Source: Myxococcota bacterium (GTDB taxonomy: Bacteria > Myxococcota_A > UBA796 > UBA2385). From it: 64,000 nucleotides of DNA. Below the pieces are notes generated by a model that had not been told where the DNA came from, made no database searches, and saw only the letters and a program-made list of their open reading frames with translations. Of the stretch, positions 46,343-56,393 are shown one piece after another (within the stretch, counting starts at the first letter, position 1; each line of letters begins with the position of its first letter). The translations under genes and the position numbers were made by a program. The stretch lies in assembly GCA_044344255.1 (NCBI GenBank), contig JBIJDH010000001.1, positions 512,001 to 576,000 of the forward strand, written 5' to 3'.

Positions 46343-48154
46343 CTACTCCGAAACGCGCACGGCGGGTGGGGCTGTCGTACCGCCGACGAGGGGGCCCGCG
46401 CCGGGGTTGGGGCCGACCCCAAAGACCACCCGCGTCGGCGGCGGCGCGCCTCGCCCGTTTGCCGGGACCGGGCCGCTCGGCGGAGCGGCCACCGTGGGCG
46501 GAGCGGCCGAAGCCGGAGCCGAAGCGGTCGGCGCCGACACGGTCGAGGCGCTCGCCGCCCCCCCAGGGCGAGGCCTCGCCTGGATCTGACCGAGGGAGGC
46601 CTCCTCGATCACCTCCGCGTTCCGTTGTTTGCAGGAGGCGCAGCTGGTCTGGAGCTCGAGCGCGCGGAGGAGCTTGAGGTCGCCGTTCTCGGCGCTCACC
46701 GGCCTCGGCGCGGTGCGGAGCCGCTGCCGGACATCCTGGAAGCGCCCTCGGTCAATCTCAGCCTCTACCCGACTGATCTCCGCGTCGAGCACCCGACGCA
46801 CCTTGTTGCTGTCGAGGTCAAGGAGGTCTACCGCCGTCCGCTGGCCCTGGAGGAGCACCAGCACGGCCTCCTTCCGCTCGGCCCGGCGCGCTGGCTCGGT
46901 CTCCAGGTTCGCCATCTGCTCTTCACGAACGAGGGTCACATAGGGCCGGTACAGCCCCCGGCCGAGGCTGTCGGCGCTCTCCAAGATGCAGGCCCGGAGG
47001 CTGTCCTGGAGGGCGCCGTAGGACGGGCCCAGGCCATCTTCGAGCCGGTAGAGCGGGCTCTTCGGCGCGACCCCCGTGTGCTCCCGGAACAGGAGGCCAT
47101 AGAGTCGGTAGAACTGTTCATGCGCGACCGCGTCCTGCACCTCCACGTAATTACGCGCCGTCGAGAGCAGCTCCCGCTCGAGGCTGAGCTGGGAGGCGGT
47201 CAGGCGTGGCGCATCCTCGGCGATGCCGGCGGCGAAGGCCTCGACCTGGTGCGCGTCGAGCTCACAGGTGCCCACGGGGAGGTTCGACCAGATCGTCGAG
47301 CGGGTCGGGATCCGATACGAGAGGCGTGGCTGCAGGATCACATAGGCGTAACCCTCGAAGGGCCGCTTGTTGCGAGTGCAGAGCGTCTTCGGATCTCCGG
47401 CGCAGAGCGTCAGGTCCTCATCGATGAGCATGTTCAGTCGGTCTTCGGGGGTCTCTCCGCGCGCCCGCCTCGAGGTGGGCAGGAAGAAGACCGCGCGCGG
47501 GGAGAGCGAGAGGTCTGTGGCCGAATACTTGGTGCCGGCGAAGCGGAGCACCCGCTCGCTGCGCGTGCCCTCCCGCCGGCTGTAGTGTACCTCGAGCGCG
47601 ACGGCCTCCGACGACAGTTCGTTGAGCACCTTGGGCGTGGGACTGCCGCCCAGGGCCCCCGCGACCGCGCTCGAGAGGGCGCGGGCGGCTGAACCAAACG
47701 GATCCACCTCATCCCGCTCGATCGCCGCGCCGCGCAGCGTGACGGTGAAGCCCTGGTCGGTCACGCCAGGGATCGACACCAACGGCAGCAGGTTCGTGCC
47801 CTGCGGCGTCAGCTCGACCCCCTCGTAGAGATCCCAGGCCGTCAGCGTGTCCCGCAGCGGGAGCCCCACGGCGGGGAGCGCTACCTCGAGATCGAGCGTC
47901 ACGAGGCCGAAGCGGCGATCGATCTGATCGATCCTGCGCCTGAAGCCCTCCGCGTGGACGTAGGCCTCGATCCGGAGGTAGGGCGAGACGGAGTTGTCCG
48001 CCATCCAGCCGCCGGGCGGCTCCGAGTCAGCCCGCAGCTCTGGAGATGTTCCTCGGAGGTTCATCTCATACAAGCTGTAAAAATTGGTAGCCCAGGCGCT
48101 CCGCCCACCGAGGAGGGTCGCGAGCGAGAAGATCCACAAAATAGAGGGTCGCAT
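46343..48154 (-). CDS. Hypothetical exported protein with Pro/Ala-rich tail
   Basis: Signal peptide ending in AWA; 603-aa frame filling the gap between genes; no recognised motif. Confidence 0.65.
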   Translation of the reverse strand: MRPSILWIFSLATLLGGRSAWATNFYSLYEMNLRGTSPELRADSEPPGGWMADNSVSPYLRIEAYVHAEGFRRRIDQIDRRFGLVTLDLEVALPAVGLPLRDTLTAWDLYEGVELTPQGTNLLPLVSIPGVTDQGFTVTLRGAAIERDEVDPFGSAARALSSAVAGALGGSPTPKVLNELSSEAVALEVHYSRREGTRSERVLRFAGTKYSATDLSLSPRAVFFLPTSRRARGETPEDRLNMLIDEDLTLCAGDPKTLCTRNKRPFEGYAYVILQPRLSYRIPTRSTIWSNLPVGTCELDAHQVEAFAAGIAEDAPRLTASQLSLERELLSTARNYVEVQDAVAHEQFYRLYGLLFREHTGVAPKSPLYRLEDGLGPSYGALQDSLRACILESADSLGRGLYRPYVTLVREEQMANLETEPARRAERKEAVLVLLQGQRTAVDLLDLDSNKVRRVLDAEISRVEAEIDRGRFQDVRQRLRTAPRPVSAENGDLKLLRALELQTSCASCKQRNAEVIEEASLGQIQARPRPGGAASASTVSAPTASAPASAAPPTVAAPPSGPVPANGRGAPPPTRVVFGVGPNPGAGPLVGGTTAPPAVRVSE

Positions 48155-48291
48155 CTTCCGAAGGCTATCACGGCGACGGCGGCCGACGGTCGCGGGTGGG
48201 AGAGCGCGCCGCTCCAGCTCCAGCTCCCGCTCCGTGTCTCCCGGGGCGGACCGCGGGCGCCCGGCCGGCTACGGGAGCGAGAGGCCGCGCC

Positions 48292-50076
48292 ATGCCCACG
48301 ATCCCCGCCCTGTTCCTCCAGCGCTGTGACCGCTCGCCCGACACGGTCGCCTTCTTCATCCCCGAGGCGAAGGACCTCTTCCACCAGGGACAGCCCGTCC
48401 CCGAGCACCCCCGCTGGCGGGGCATCACGCTCGGGGCCGCGCGGGCCGAGGTCAGCGGGCTCGCCCGTCGGCTGTATGCCCTCGGGGTCGATCGGGGCGT
48501 CCCCGTCGCGATCCTCGCCGAGACGAGCCACCTCTGGGCGGCGGCCGATCAGGCGATCCTGGCCCTCGGCGGGATCACCGTAGGCATCTACCCGAACCTC
48601 CTCCCCGAGCAGGCCGCCTACATCCTCCGCCACAGCGAGGCCCGCGTGCTGCTGATCGAGGACGCGGCCCGCTACACGGCGCTGCAGCCCCACCTCGACG
48701 ACCTGCCCGACCTCGTCCACGTCTTCAGCCAGCAGGACACCGGCGGCCTCATCCCCCAGATGACCCCCGCCGAGCCCGACGAGCCCTTCCTCCGCAAGCG
48801 CGTGGCGATGGTGGAGCTCGACGACGTCTGCACCTACGTCTACACCTCCGGCACCACCGGGGACCCCAAGGGCGCGATCCTCACGCACCGCAACTTCGAC
48901 AGCATCATCACCGCCTCGCGCACCGCGATCCCGCTCCAGAAGGGGGACCGCTCCATCCTCTTCCTTCCGCTCGCCCACTCCCTCCAGCGTTTCGCGCTCT
49001 ACCGGGGCCTCACCGAGGACGTCACCGGCTACTACGCCACGATCGAGGATCTCCCAGAGGTCCTCCGGGTCGCCCGGCCCCAGGTGCTGGCGACGGTCCC
49101 CCGGATGCTGGAGAAGATCAAGGCCACGGCTGAGGCCAAGGCGGCCGAGAAGAGCCCGAAGGCGGCCGAGATCCTGGCCTGGGCCATCCAGGTTGGTAAG
49201 GCCGTCAACCACCACACCCGCAAGGGCGAGCGCGTCCCCCTAACGCTCCGAACACAGCACAAGCTGGCGGAGAAGCTGGTCTACCACAAGGTCAAGGAGC
49301 GCTTCGGCGGCGAGATCCGCACGCTCGTGAGCGGCGGGGCCGCCCTCTCCGTCGAGGTGGCCGAGTGGTTCGAGGCGCTCGGCATCCAGGTGCGCGAGGG
49401 CTGGGGCCTCACCGAGACGAGCGCGCCCGCCACCGCCAACCGCGTCGACCGCTTCAAGATCGGCACCGTCGGCCTCCCCCTCCCCGGCGTGGTGGTCAAG
49501 CTCGACACCGACGGCGAGCTGCTGATCAAGGGCCCCGGCAACTTCCAGGGCTACCTGAAGGACCCCGAGGCGACCGCCGCCGCCTTCACCCCCGACGGCT
49601 TCTTCCGCAGCGGAGACCTCGGGAGCATCGACAGCGACGGCTTCGTCCGCATCCTGGACCGCAAGAAGGAGCTCATCGTCACCGCAGGCGGCAAGAACAT
49701 CGCCGCGGTGCCGATCGAGAAGCTGCTCGAGGGCGGGCTCATCGGGCAGGCGGTCATCGTCGGCTCCGAGCGGCCTTACCTCGTGGCCCTGCTCGCGCTC
49801 GAGCCCGACGCCGCTGCCGCCTTCGCCCGCCAGCGCGGCCTGCCCACCGAGCCCCAAGCGCTCGCCGCCCGCCCCGAGCTGCGCGCCGCCGTCGAGGCCA
49901 TCGTGGCCGCCGCCAACAGCAAGCTGCCCCGCTTCGAGAGCGTGAAGCGCTGGGCCCTGCTGCCGGGCCCCCTCACCGTCGAGACGGGAGAGATCACGCC
50001 CACGCTCAAGCTCAAGCGCCGGGTGATCGCCGAGCGACACGCCGCCCTCATCCAGGGGCTCTACGACGGGGCCTGA
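48292..50076 (+). CDS. Long-chain fatty acid-CoA ligase (AMP-binding)
   Basis: YTSGTTGDPKG, LPLAH, EGWGLTET, FRSGDLG, DRKKELIVTAGGKNI, TPTLKLKR. Confidence 0.92.
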   Translation: MPTIPALFLQRCDRSPDTVAFFIPEAKDLFHQGQPVPEHPRWRGITLGAARAEVSGLARRLYALGVDRGVPVAILAETSHLWAAADQAILALGGITVGIYPNLLPEQAAYILRHSEARVLLIEDAARYTALQPHLDDLPDLVHVFSQQDTGGLIPQMTPAEPDEPFLRKRVAMVELDDVCTYVYTSGTTGDPKGAILTHRNFDSIITASRTAIPLQKGDRSILFLPLAHSLQRFALYRGLTEDVTGYYATIEDLPEVLRVARPQVLATVPRMLEKIKATAEAKAAEKSPKAAEILAWAIQVGKAVNHHTRKGERVPLTLRTQHKLAEKLVYHKVKERFGGEIRTLVSGGAALSVEVAEWFEALGIQVREGWGLTETSAPATANRVDRFKIGTVGLPLPGVVVKLDTDGELLIKGPGNFQGYLKDPEATAAAFTPDGFFRSGDLGSIDSDGFVRILDRKKELIVTAGGKNIAAVPIEKLLEGGLIGQAVIVGSERPYLVALLALEPDAAAAFARQRGLPTEPQALAARPELRAAVEAIVAAANSKLPRFESVKRWALLPGPLTVETGEITPTLKLKRRVIAERHAALIQGLYDGA

Positions 50077-50113
50077 TCGGGGCGCGCCGCTCCGTCCTTG
50101 GGCAGCGGGGCGC

Positions 50114-51220
50114 TCAGCCCTTCGGTGTCGGGTCGATGTCGATGACCCCGTCCTCATCCGCCTCATAGTGGGGGGCATCGTCGCGGGGGGCATCGTCGCG
50201 GGGGGCATCATCGGGTTTCGGCCCCGGGGGCCCCTTCTTGCCCACCTTACCTTTGACCCAGCCCCAGGCCTCGGAGCCCTTCTTGTTCACGCCCTCACCG
50301 GCCGACTTCACCCAGTCCGACAGGTCATCGGTGGAGGCCTTCACCCCCTCGGCGTAGCTGTGGACAGAGTCCTTCCAGGAATCGAAGGCCCCCTCCTGGG
50401 GGTCCTCCGACCGCTTGGGGTACTCCCCGCCGAGGATGCGCCCATAGTCGCCCCCTCCGACCCAGCGGTCGAGCTCCCGGAGGCGGAGCACGGGGAAGGG
50501 GTGGCTGCGGCCAAGCAGCGCGAGCGTCTTGAGCACGCTGTCGACCACGCCGCCCTCCTCTTCGTACCGCCGGGCCTGCTCGGAGAAGGCCCCGATGTCG
50601 GCGTCGGGGACGCCGCCCGCCATGCGGAGGAGGGCCGAGCGCACGAGGTCCTGGTCTTGGCAGGCGAGCAGGCTGGCACGATCCGCCGAGAGCTCGCTCT
50701 TGCGGTCCCACTCGAGCAGGGCGGCGACGAGGGCGAACATCGCGAGGCCGGTGATGGGCATCGCCATCGCGAAGGTGCCCATCCGCAAGAGCAGCTTGAG
50801 CATCGTCTTGTAGAGCACGTGCCCGCTCATGATGTGGCCGACCTCGTGGCCGAGCACGCTCCGGAGCTGGGCGTCGCTCAGCGCCAGCACCGTCCCCGAG
50901 TTGAGCACGATGAAGGGGTCGTCCATGCCGACGGCGCCTGCGTTGATCACTGGGTTCTGGGCCACGAAGAGGTCAAAACGACGGGGAGCGTCAAGGGTGT
51001 CGAGCACGCTCTCGTAGGCGCGGTGCACCCGCGGGAGCTGCGTCGGCCCGATCTCGACGGCGCTGCCGAGGGTGATGACCCGCAGCGGGCGCTCGCTCAC
51101 GAGGCCGAAGACCTTGCGGATGACAAGGTCAAAGCCGGGCACCTTGCGCAGCGCCTGCAGGGCGGCGCGGTCAGCGGGGTGCTCCCAGGCGCGGGAGGAG
51201 ATGTCGGGGAAGCGGACCAT
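50114..51220 (-). CDS. M48 family metallopeptidase
   Basis: WEHPADRAAL, NAGAVG, LGHEVGH, ELSADR, SHP..VLR. Confidence 0.9.
   Translation of the reverse strand: MVRFPDISSRAWEHPADRAALQALRKVPGFDLVIRKVFGLVSERPLRVITLGSAVEIGPTQLPRVHRAYESVLDTLDAPRRFDLFVAQNPVINAGAVGMDDPFIVLNSGTVLALSDAQLRSVLGHEVGHIMSGHVLYKTMLKLLLRMGTFAMAMPITGLAMFALVAALLEWDRKSELSADRASLLACQDQDLVRSALLRMAGGVPDADIGAFSEQARRYEEEGGVVDSVLKTLALLGRSHPFPVLRLRELDRWVGGGDYGRILGGEYPKRSEDPQEGAFDSWKDSVHSYAEGVKASTDDLSDWVKSAGEGVNKKGSEAWGWVKGKVGKKGPPGPKPDDAPRDDAPRDDAPHYEADEDGVIDIDPTPKG
50171..50212 (-). repeat. 15-bp tandem repeat (~3 copies) encoding DDAPR
   Basis: Plus strand GGGGGCATCGTCGCG x2 followed by GGGGGCATCATC. Confidence 0.9.
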
Positions 51221-51291
51221 GGAGACCTCCGTTCGTCCCCCTACGCACGAGCCGGGCGGGAGCTTGCAGCGAGCACCCCCGATCCCGGGGA

Positions 51292-52251
51292 TCAGCCGAC
51301 GATGAAGCGCACCCGCGGCCCCGCCTCGACGGTGAGGGTCTGGCCGGCGCGGAGGAAGTCGCCGTCGATCATATAGGAGATGGGGTGATCCGCCTCGATG
51401 GTGAAGCGCCGCGCCACCTGATCGGTGATCCCCGGCCCGCTGAAGGGGAGGGCGAGGCGGATCCGGTGGAGCTTGCTCACGACGCTCATCGCACCGCCGT
51501 TGACGCCGATGACATGCACGTGATCGGGGTGGGAGAGGGCCTGGAAGAAGGGCCGGAAGCCGAGGCCCATGTCGGCCGTCGTGCCGCCGAGCACGGTCGC
51601 GTAGGCGCTGGGCTCCCACTCTTGACCGTCCACCTTGACCCGACACGGCTCGAGCGCGAAGAGGCTCTGGGCGAAGGGGCCGCCGATGATCGAGCTCCAG
51701 ATGGCCCGCGTGAGCGTGGTCACCGCCTTCCATGGACCGGCGTCGCCGCCCTCGTAGTAGGCCTCCAGGAACCGAGCGGGGAGGCCGGTCCCGAACAAAA
51801 AGCCCGCCTCTGTACCGTTCACGACCATCAGGTTGCGCTCAACGGTCCGCAGCGGCTGCTCGGCGTGGTAGCCCACCACCACCTTGCCGAGCAGATCGTC
51901 GGCGGCCAAGCGCAGCCCGATGTTGCGCCCCATCGTGTTCATCGTGCCGCCCCGCAAGATGGCGATGAGGGGCAGCCGCACGGCGCGGAGCTCTCTGCCC
52001 GTCTTTCCCTCGGCATAGACGCGGGTGAGCGCCGAGAGCACCTTGTGGAGCGTGCCGTCGCCGCCGTGCACGCAGACGATGTCGACGTCGCGCTGCCGGA
52101 AGGCCAGGATGACGTCTTCGAGCCGATCCAGGCCGTCGGGCTGGGAGAGCTCCCCTTTTTCGCCGAGGATCCAGCCGAGGCGGCGGACGGCCTCGGGGTT
52201 GCGCTTGTTGTGCCCGCTGCGCGGGTTGCTGATGACGCCGATGCCGCTCAT
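51292..52251 (-). CDS. Diacylglycerol/lipid kinase family protein
   Basis: ISNPRSG, GGDGT, GGTMN, YMIDGD. Confidence 0.85.
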   Translation of the reverse strand: MSGIGVISNPRSGHNKRNPEAVRRLGWILGEKGELSQPDGLDRLEDVILAFRQRDVDIVCVHGGDGTLHKVLSALTRVYAEGKTGRELRAVRLPLIAILRGGTMNTMGRNIGLRLAADDLLGKVVVGYHAEQPLRTVERNLMVVNGTEAGFLFGTGLPARFLEAYYEGGDAGPWKAVTTLTRAIWSSIIGGPFAQSLFALEPCRVKVDGQEWEPSAYATVLGGTTADMGLGFRPFFQALSHPDHVHVIGVNGGAMSVVSKLHRIRLALPFSGPGITDQVARRFTIEADHPISYMIDGDFLRAGQTLTVEAGPRVRFIVG

Positions 52252-53300
52252 TCTTCCGCCCCCACGTAGCCCATGTGCTCCAAGGTCCCGCGCAGCCCGA
52301 GCGCGAGCTCCGGGCCGCGCCCGAAGAGGCCGAAGCCGCCCCCGGTGTGCCAGAACAGGACCCGCCGCCCAAGGCGGGCCCGATCGGTCTCCGCCAGCGC
52401 CTCGAGCGCGCACCAGGCCTTCCCCGTATACACAGGATCAAGCAAGATCCCCGTCTCTCGGGCGAAGCGCGCCTGAACGGTGAGCTCGGCTGGCGTGCTG
52501 AGGCCATACCCGCGCCCCTGAAAGCCCTCCACGACGTCCCAGTGCTCGCGGGTGCGCTGCTTCGCCTCGGCGGCGATCGCCTCGACCTTCGCCCGGAAGG
52601 TGGCCCGGTCATCACAGACGGCCACCCCCAGCAGCCGGTCACCGGCGGGGTGCATCGCGAGGCCGGCGAGGGTGCCGCCCGAGCCCACGGCGCAGACCTG
52701 AGAGTCGAAGACCACGCCCTGATCTCGGGCCTGCCCCGCCAGCTCTCGCGCGGCGAGCTGATAACCCTGCGAGCCCAGCGCGTTCGAGCCCCCCTCGGGG
52801 ATGATGTAGGGCCGCTCGCCCTTCCCGCGGAGCTCGGCGGCGATCGCCTCGAGGTGGCGGTCCCGATCGCGGTAGCCCGCCGCATCGACGAAGCGCACCT
52901 CCGCGCCGAGGATGGCGTCCAGCAGCAGGTTTCCGTCGAAGCCCATCGCGAGGGGGCCGTCCGCGCCCGGCTCCCGCCGCTCGACCACCTGGTCCCCCCG
53001 CCGCTCCAGCGGGGGCCGCCCCCGGAGCAGCAGCAGGGGCCGCATCCCGAGGTGGCGCGCCGCGACCGCGGTGGCCCGGCAATGGTTGGACTGCAGGCCG
53101 CCCGTGGTGAGCACGGTCGTGGCGCCCGCCTCCCGGGCGGCGAGCATCAGGTGGACGAGCTTGCGGATCTTGTTTCCCGAACCCGCGAAGCCGGTCATGT
53201 CGTCGCGCTTGATCCACACCTCGACGCCGAGCCGGCGGCTCGGCCCCTCGAGCCGGTGCAAGGGCGTGGGCAAGGTGAGGAGGCTCGGGAAGGGGTTCAT
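52248..53300 (-). CDS. dcyD: D-cysteine desulfhydrase family PLP enzyme
   Basis: IKRDD..GNKIRKL, GGLQSNH, GSGGT, LDPVYTGK, WHTGG. Confidence 0.82.
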   Translation of the reverse strand: MNPFPSLLTLPTPLHRLEGPSRRLGVEVWIKRDDMTGFAGSGNKIRKLVHLMLAAREAGATTVLTTGGLQSNHCRATAVAARHLGMRPLLLLRGRPPLERRGDQVVERREPGADGPLAMGFDGNLLLDAILGAEVRFVDAAGYRDRDRHLEAIAAELRGKGERPYIIPEGGSNALGSQGYQLAARELAGQARDQGVVFDSQVCAVGSGGTLAGLAMHPAGDRLLGVAVCDDRATFRAKVEAIAAEAKQRTREHWDVVEGFQGRGYGLSTPAELTVQARFARETGILLDPVYTGKAWCALEALAETDRARLGRRVLFWHTGGGFGLFGRGPELALGLRGTLEHMGYVGAEE

Positions 53301-53388
53301 GGCGCACCCGTATCCTCCGCCCCCGCGCCGCCGGTAGGGGGGCAGTATGGGGGCCGCTGGTCGCCGCCTACGGCGAGGCGCCCACCGC

Positions 53389-53417
53389 TTGACATCCCGG
53401 ACGTCTGGTCGTAAAAC
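53389..53417 (+). promoter_or_regulatory. Sigma70 promoter
   Basis: TTGACA, 17 nt, TAAAAC; GGAGG at 53433-53437 before ATG 53442. Confidence 0.7.
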
Positions 53418-53441
53418 GCGCCTTCATGTTCTGGAGGAACG

Positions 53442-54401
53442 ATGTCGAGGTATAGCTGGCCGGCCCGTGGGCTGTTCACGATGATGATCCCCCTGGTCGC
53501 CATCGCCTGCAGCGGCGGCGACAAGTCCGACGACGGCAGCGACGACGGCGCCGGTGATGACGGCGGCGACGGCACCGACGGCGGCGGCGACGGCCCTGGG
53601 ATCGAAGAATTCATCAACGTCACCACCTCGCCCGTGGGTGATCTCACCGGCTTTGAGGCTGGCTACGACGAGGCCACCGGCTGGTGGGTCCAGACCCCCG
53701 ATCCCGCCAAGCAGGTCGAGGTGCCCCTCACCGGCTCCGCCACTGACTTCGAGACCGGCGACGGAGTGCCCGACGCCAAGGTGGAGATCTGGAACAACGA
53801 CGTCGTCTCCGGCGTCGCCAACATCGAGTTCACCTCGGACAGCTCCGGCAACGTGAGCGGGACCAGCATCGTCTGTCAACCGCAGACCTACAAGGTCACC
53901 ACCGACCCCGATCTCGCCGAGACCAAGGAGACCTACGAGGCCCACCAGATGTACGGCTTCGCCGAATCTCTGGACGGTGAGGACTTCAACTCCGTCTCGA
54001 CGACCACCTACTCCATCATCCCCTCGCTGCTCGGCGTCAGCCCCGACACCGACAAGGGCATCGTCGCCGGCACCTGCTTTGACGTCAACGAGGACCCCAT
54101 CGAGGGCGCGCAGGTCGTCATCGTAGACGCCGAGGGCAACATCCCCGAGTCCCTGGTCGTCAAGTACTTCGTGGACGAGTTCCCGAACCGCAACCAGCCG
54201 AACACCTCTCCTGACGGCCTCTGGGTGGCGGTGAACATCCCCGCCGGCGAGTGGTTCGCCCAGATGTGGGTCTCGGACGGCGCGGGCGGCCACAAGCTGC
54301 TCGGCGCCTCCACCCTCACCGTGTTCGCCGACAGCATCAACATCGGCAACATCTACACGGGCTACGGCGACGGCGTGAAGTACCCCGAGAGCTGCCTCTA
54401 G
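53442..54401 (+). CDS. Acidic lipoprotein with carboxypeptidase-regulatory-like beta-sandwich domains
   Basis: VAIAC lipobox; D/G linker; GSATDFETGDGVPDAKV and AGTCFDVNEDPIEGAQV motifs. Confidence 0.7.
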   Translation: MSRYSWPARGLFTMMIPLVAIACSGGDKSDDGSDDGAGDDGGDGTDGGGDGPGIEEFINVTTSPVGDLTGFEAGYDEATGWWVQTPDPAKQVEVPLTGSATDFETGDGVPDAKVEIWNNDVVSGVANIEFTSDSSGNVSGTSIVCQPQTYKVTTDPDLAETKETYEAHQMYGFAESLDGEDFNSVSTTTYSIIPSLLGVSPDTDKGIVAGTCFDVNEDPIEGAQVVIVDAEGNIPESLVVKYFVDEFPNRNQPNTSPDGLWVAVNIPAGEWFAQMWVSDGAGGHKLLGASTLTVFADSINIGNIYTGYGDGVKYPESCL

Positions 54402-54456
54402 GCGCCCCTCCGCACGGACGCCGCCGCCCACCGCCCCTCGACCGCCGAGGCCCCCC

Positions 54457-56118
54457 ATGCTGCTCGCCGGACTGCTCGCCCTCGCCGGGCTCGCCCACGC
54501 CGAAGACAAAGACACGGCGCTGAAGTTCGACCTCGACGGATACTACCGTACACGAGGCTACGTCTTCCGCGGCTTCTACCCCGAACAGGACGGCCCCGGC
54601 CGGATGATGGTGCACCGCCTGCGCCTTCAGCCGAGCGTGAACTTCCAGGATCGGGCGAAGTTCTTCATGATGGTCGACGCCCTCGATGACGTCGTGTGGG
54701 GCGACAACGAGTCGCTCGCGAGCACCCCGCTCTTCGCCGGTGACCCCTCCACCACCGGCACCGACGGGCAGCACATGGACGCCCTGAAGCTCAAGCGGGC
54801 CTGGATCGAATTCAAGATCCCGATCGGGCTCGTGCGGGTGGGGCGGCAGGAGTCCAACTGGGGCATGGGGCTGCTGTCGAACCACGGAAACGGCTTCGAC
54901 GACAGCTTCGGTGAGAACCACTACGGCTCCACCTTTGACCGCGCCATCTTCGCCACCCGCCCGGTGGCCATCGCCCAGACCATCATGGGCAAGCCCGCCA
55001 ACTCCGCCCACCCCCTCGTGGTGGCGGTCGGCGTGGACCGCCTCGTCGAGGACCCCCTCCTCGAGTACTACGGCTTCCCCTGTGAGCCCGGCCTCATCCA
55101 GGGCGACTCCGACCAGTATGACTCCCGTTGCGACGAGGACGGGGACGGCATCACCGACCTCGAGCACGACTACACCGACGAGGGCCGCATCGAGAGCCTC
55201 GCCGAGAACGGCGACACGCTGCGCCCCGTAGACTGGGCCTTCGACAGCAAGGACGACGTCTGGGAGATGGTCTACGTGCTCCTCTGGAAGGAGGAGGACG
55301 CCACCTTCTGGGGCTCGAAGGGAGACCGCAGCTTCGGCACCTACGTGGTGACCCGCAGCCAGGAGGAGACGAACTCCAAGGTCCTGATCGCCGACGTCTA
55401 CGGCAAGCTGCTCTGGCGCGGCGTCTACCTCGAGGGGGAGGTGCTCAACATCCGCGGGCGCACCGACGCCATCGCGCTGCGCGGCGCCTATGACCCCTAC
55501 GGTGACCTCACGAACCCCTTGTACAAAGAGGCCAACATCTGGGGCTATGTCGGCCGGGCCGGCTACCAGCATGAGCTGGGCTCCGCGATCTTCGAGACCG
55601 GCTACGCCTCGGGCGACGGCAACGTGGCCGACTCCGACTTCACCGGGCGACCGCTGCACCCCGACTACAACGTCGGCCTCCTGCTCTACGAGGAGGTCCT
55701 CTCTCGGGTGACCGCCACGACCTGGTCCGAGGACGCCCAGGGCCTGTGGAGCAACGGCGGCGTGTACAACTCGAAGTACATCTTCCCGACGCTCAAGTAC
55801 AAGCCCGGCCGCAACCTCGACATCACCGCCGGTTACCTCCTCGCCTGGCCCGACAAGCCGGACGGCAGCCGCATCCTCTGCAACGAGGACGACTACCCCG
55901 ACGATCCCGAGGCCTGCTCGGACCCCCAGGATGACCTCGCCAAGGAGCTCGGCTGGGAGGCGGACCTCGCCCTCAAGTACAAGTTCCACGACCACATCCT
56001 GTTCAGCGCCGAGTACGGCTACGCCAAGATCACGAACCGGATCCCGCTCGAGAACATCGGCCTCGATCCCGCGGGTAAGTTCCAGACCTTCCAGACCCGC
56101 ATCGCCTACGAGTTCTGA
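54457..56118 (+). CDS. Outer-membrane beta-barrel protein
   Basis: Signal peptide AHA; LDGYYRTR, LKRAWIEF, VRVGRQ..NWGMG; C-terminal TRIAYEF. Confidence 0.8.
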   Translation: MLLAGLLALAGLAHAEDKDTALKFDLDGYYRTRGYVFRGFYPEQDGPGRMMVHRLRLQPSVNFQDRAKFFMMVDALDDVVWGDNESLASTPLFAGDPSTTGTDGQHMDALKLKRAWIEFKIPIGLVRVGRQESNWGMGLLSNHGNGFDDSFGENHYGSTFDRAIFATRPVAIAQTIMGKPANSAHPLVVAVGVDRLVEDPLLEYYGFPCEPGLIQGDSDQYDSRCDEDGDGITDLEHDYTDEGRIESLAENGDTLRPVDWAFDSKDDVWEMVYVLLWKEEDATFWGSKGDRSFGTYVVTRSQEETNSKVLIADVYGKLLWRGVYLEGEVLNIRGRTDAIALRGAYDPYGDLTNPLYKEANIWGYVGRAGYQHELGSAIFETGYASGDGNVADSDFTGRPLHPDYNVGLLLYEEVLSRVTATTWSEDAQGLWSNGGVYNSKYIFPTLKYKPGRNLDITAGYLLAWPDKPDGSRILCNEDDYPDDPEACSDPQDDLAKELGWEADLALKYKFHDHILFSAEYGYAKITNRIPLENIGLDPAGKFQTFQTRIAYEF

Positions 56119-56147
56119 ACGACGTGGCCCCGCCGCCGCTGACCGCG

Positions 56148-56393
56148 ATGGTCCCCGTGTTCGTCACGCTGATCGAGCTCTACTGCCTGCTCACCGTGAC
56201 GGACGTGCTGCTGGCCTGGGTGCAGCCGGAGCCGGAGCGTGTTCCCCGCCGGGTGTTCCACGTGGTCACAGAGCCCGTTCAGCGCCTGCTCCGCCCGCTG
56301 TCCGGCCGGCTGCCCACCGGGGGCTGGGATCTCTCCCCGCTCTTCGTCCTCCTGCTCCTGGGCTCAATCCGGGTATGGCTGTTGCGCCCATGA
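56148..56393 (+). CDS. YggT family membrane protein
   Basis: LLAWVQP..VTEPV..LR..P..GWDLSPL. Confidence 0.85.
   Translation: MVPVFVTLIELYCLLTVTDVLLAWVQPEPERVPRRVFHVVTEPVQRLLRPLSGRLPTGGWDLSPLFVLLLLGSIRVWLLRP

Noticed and set aside
52248..53300. ACC deaminase
   Set aside because: It has DPVYT and HTGG rather than the ACC deaminase DPVYE and HLGG residues.
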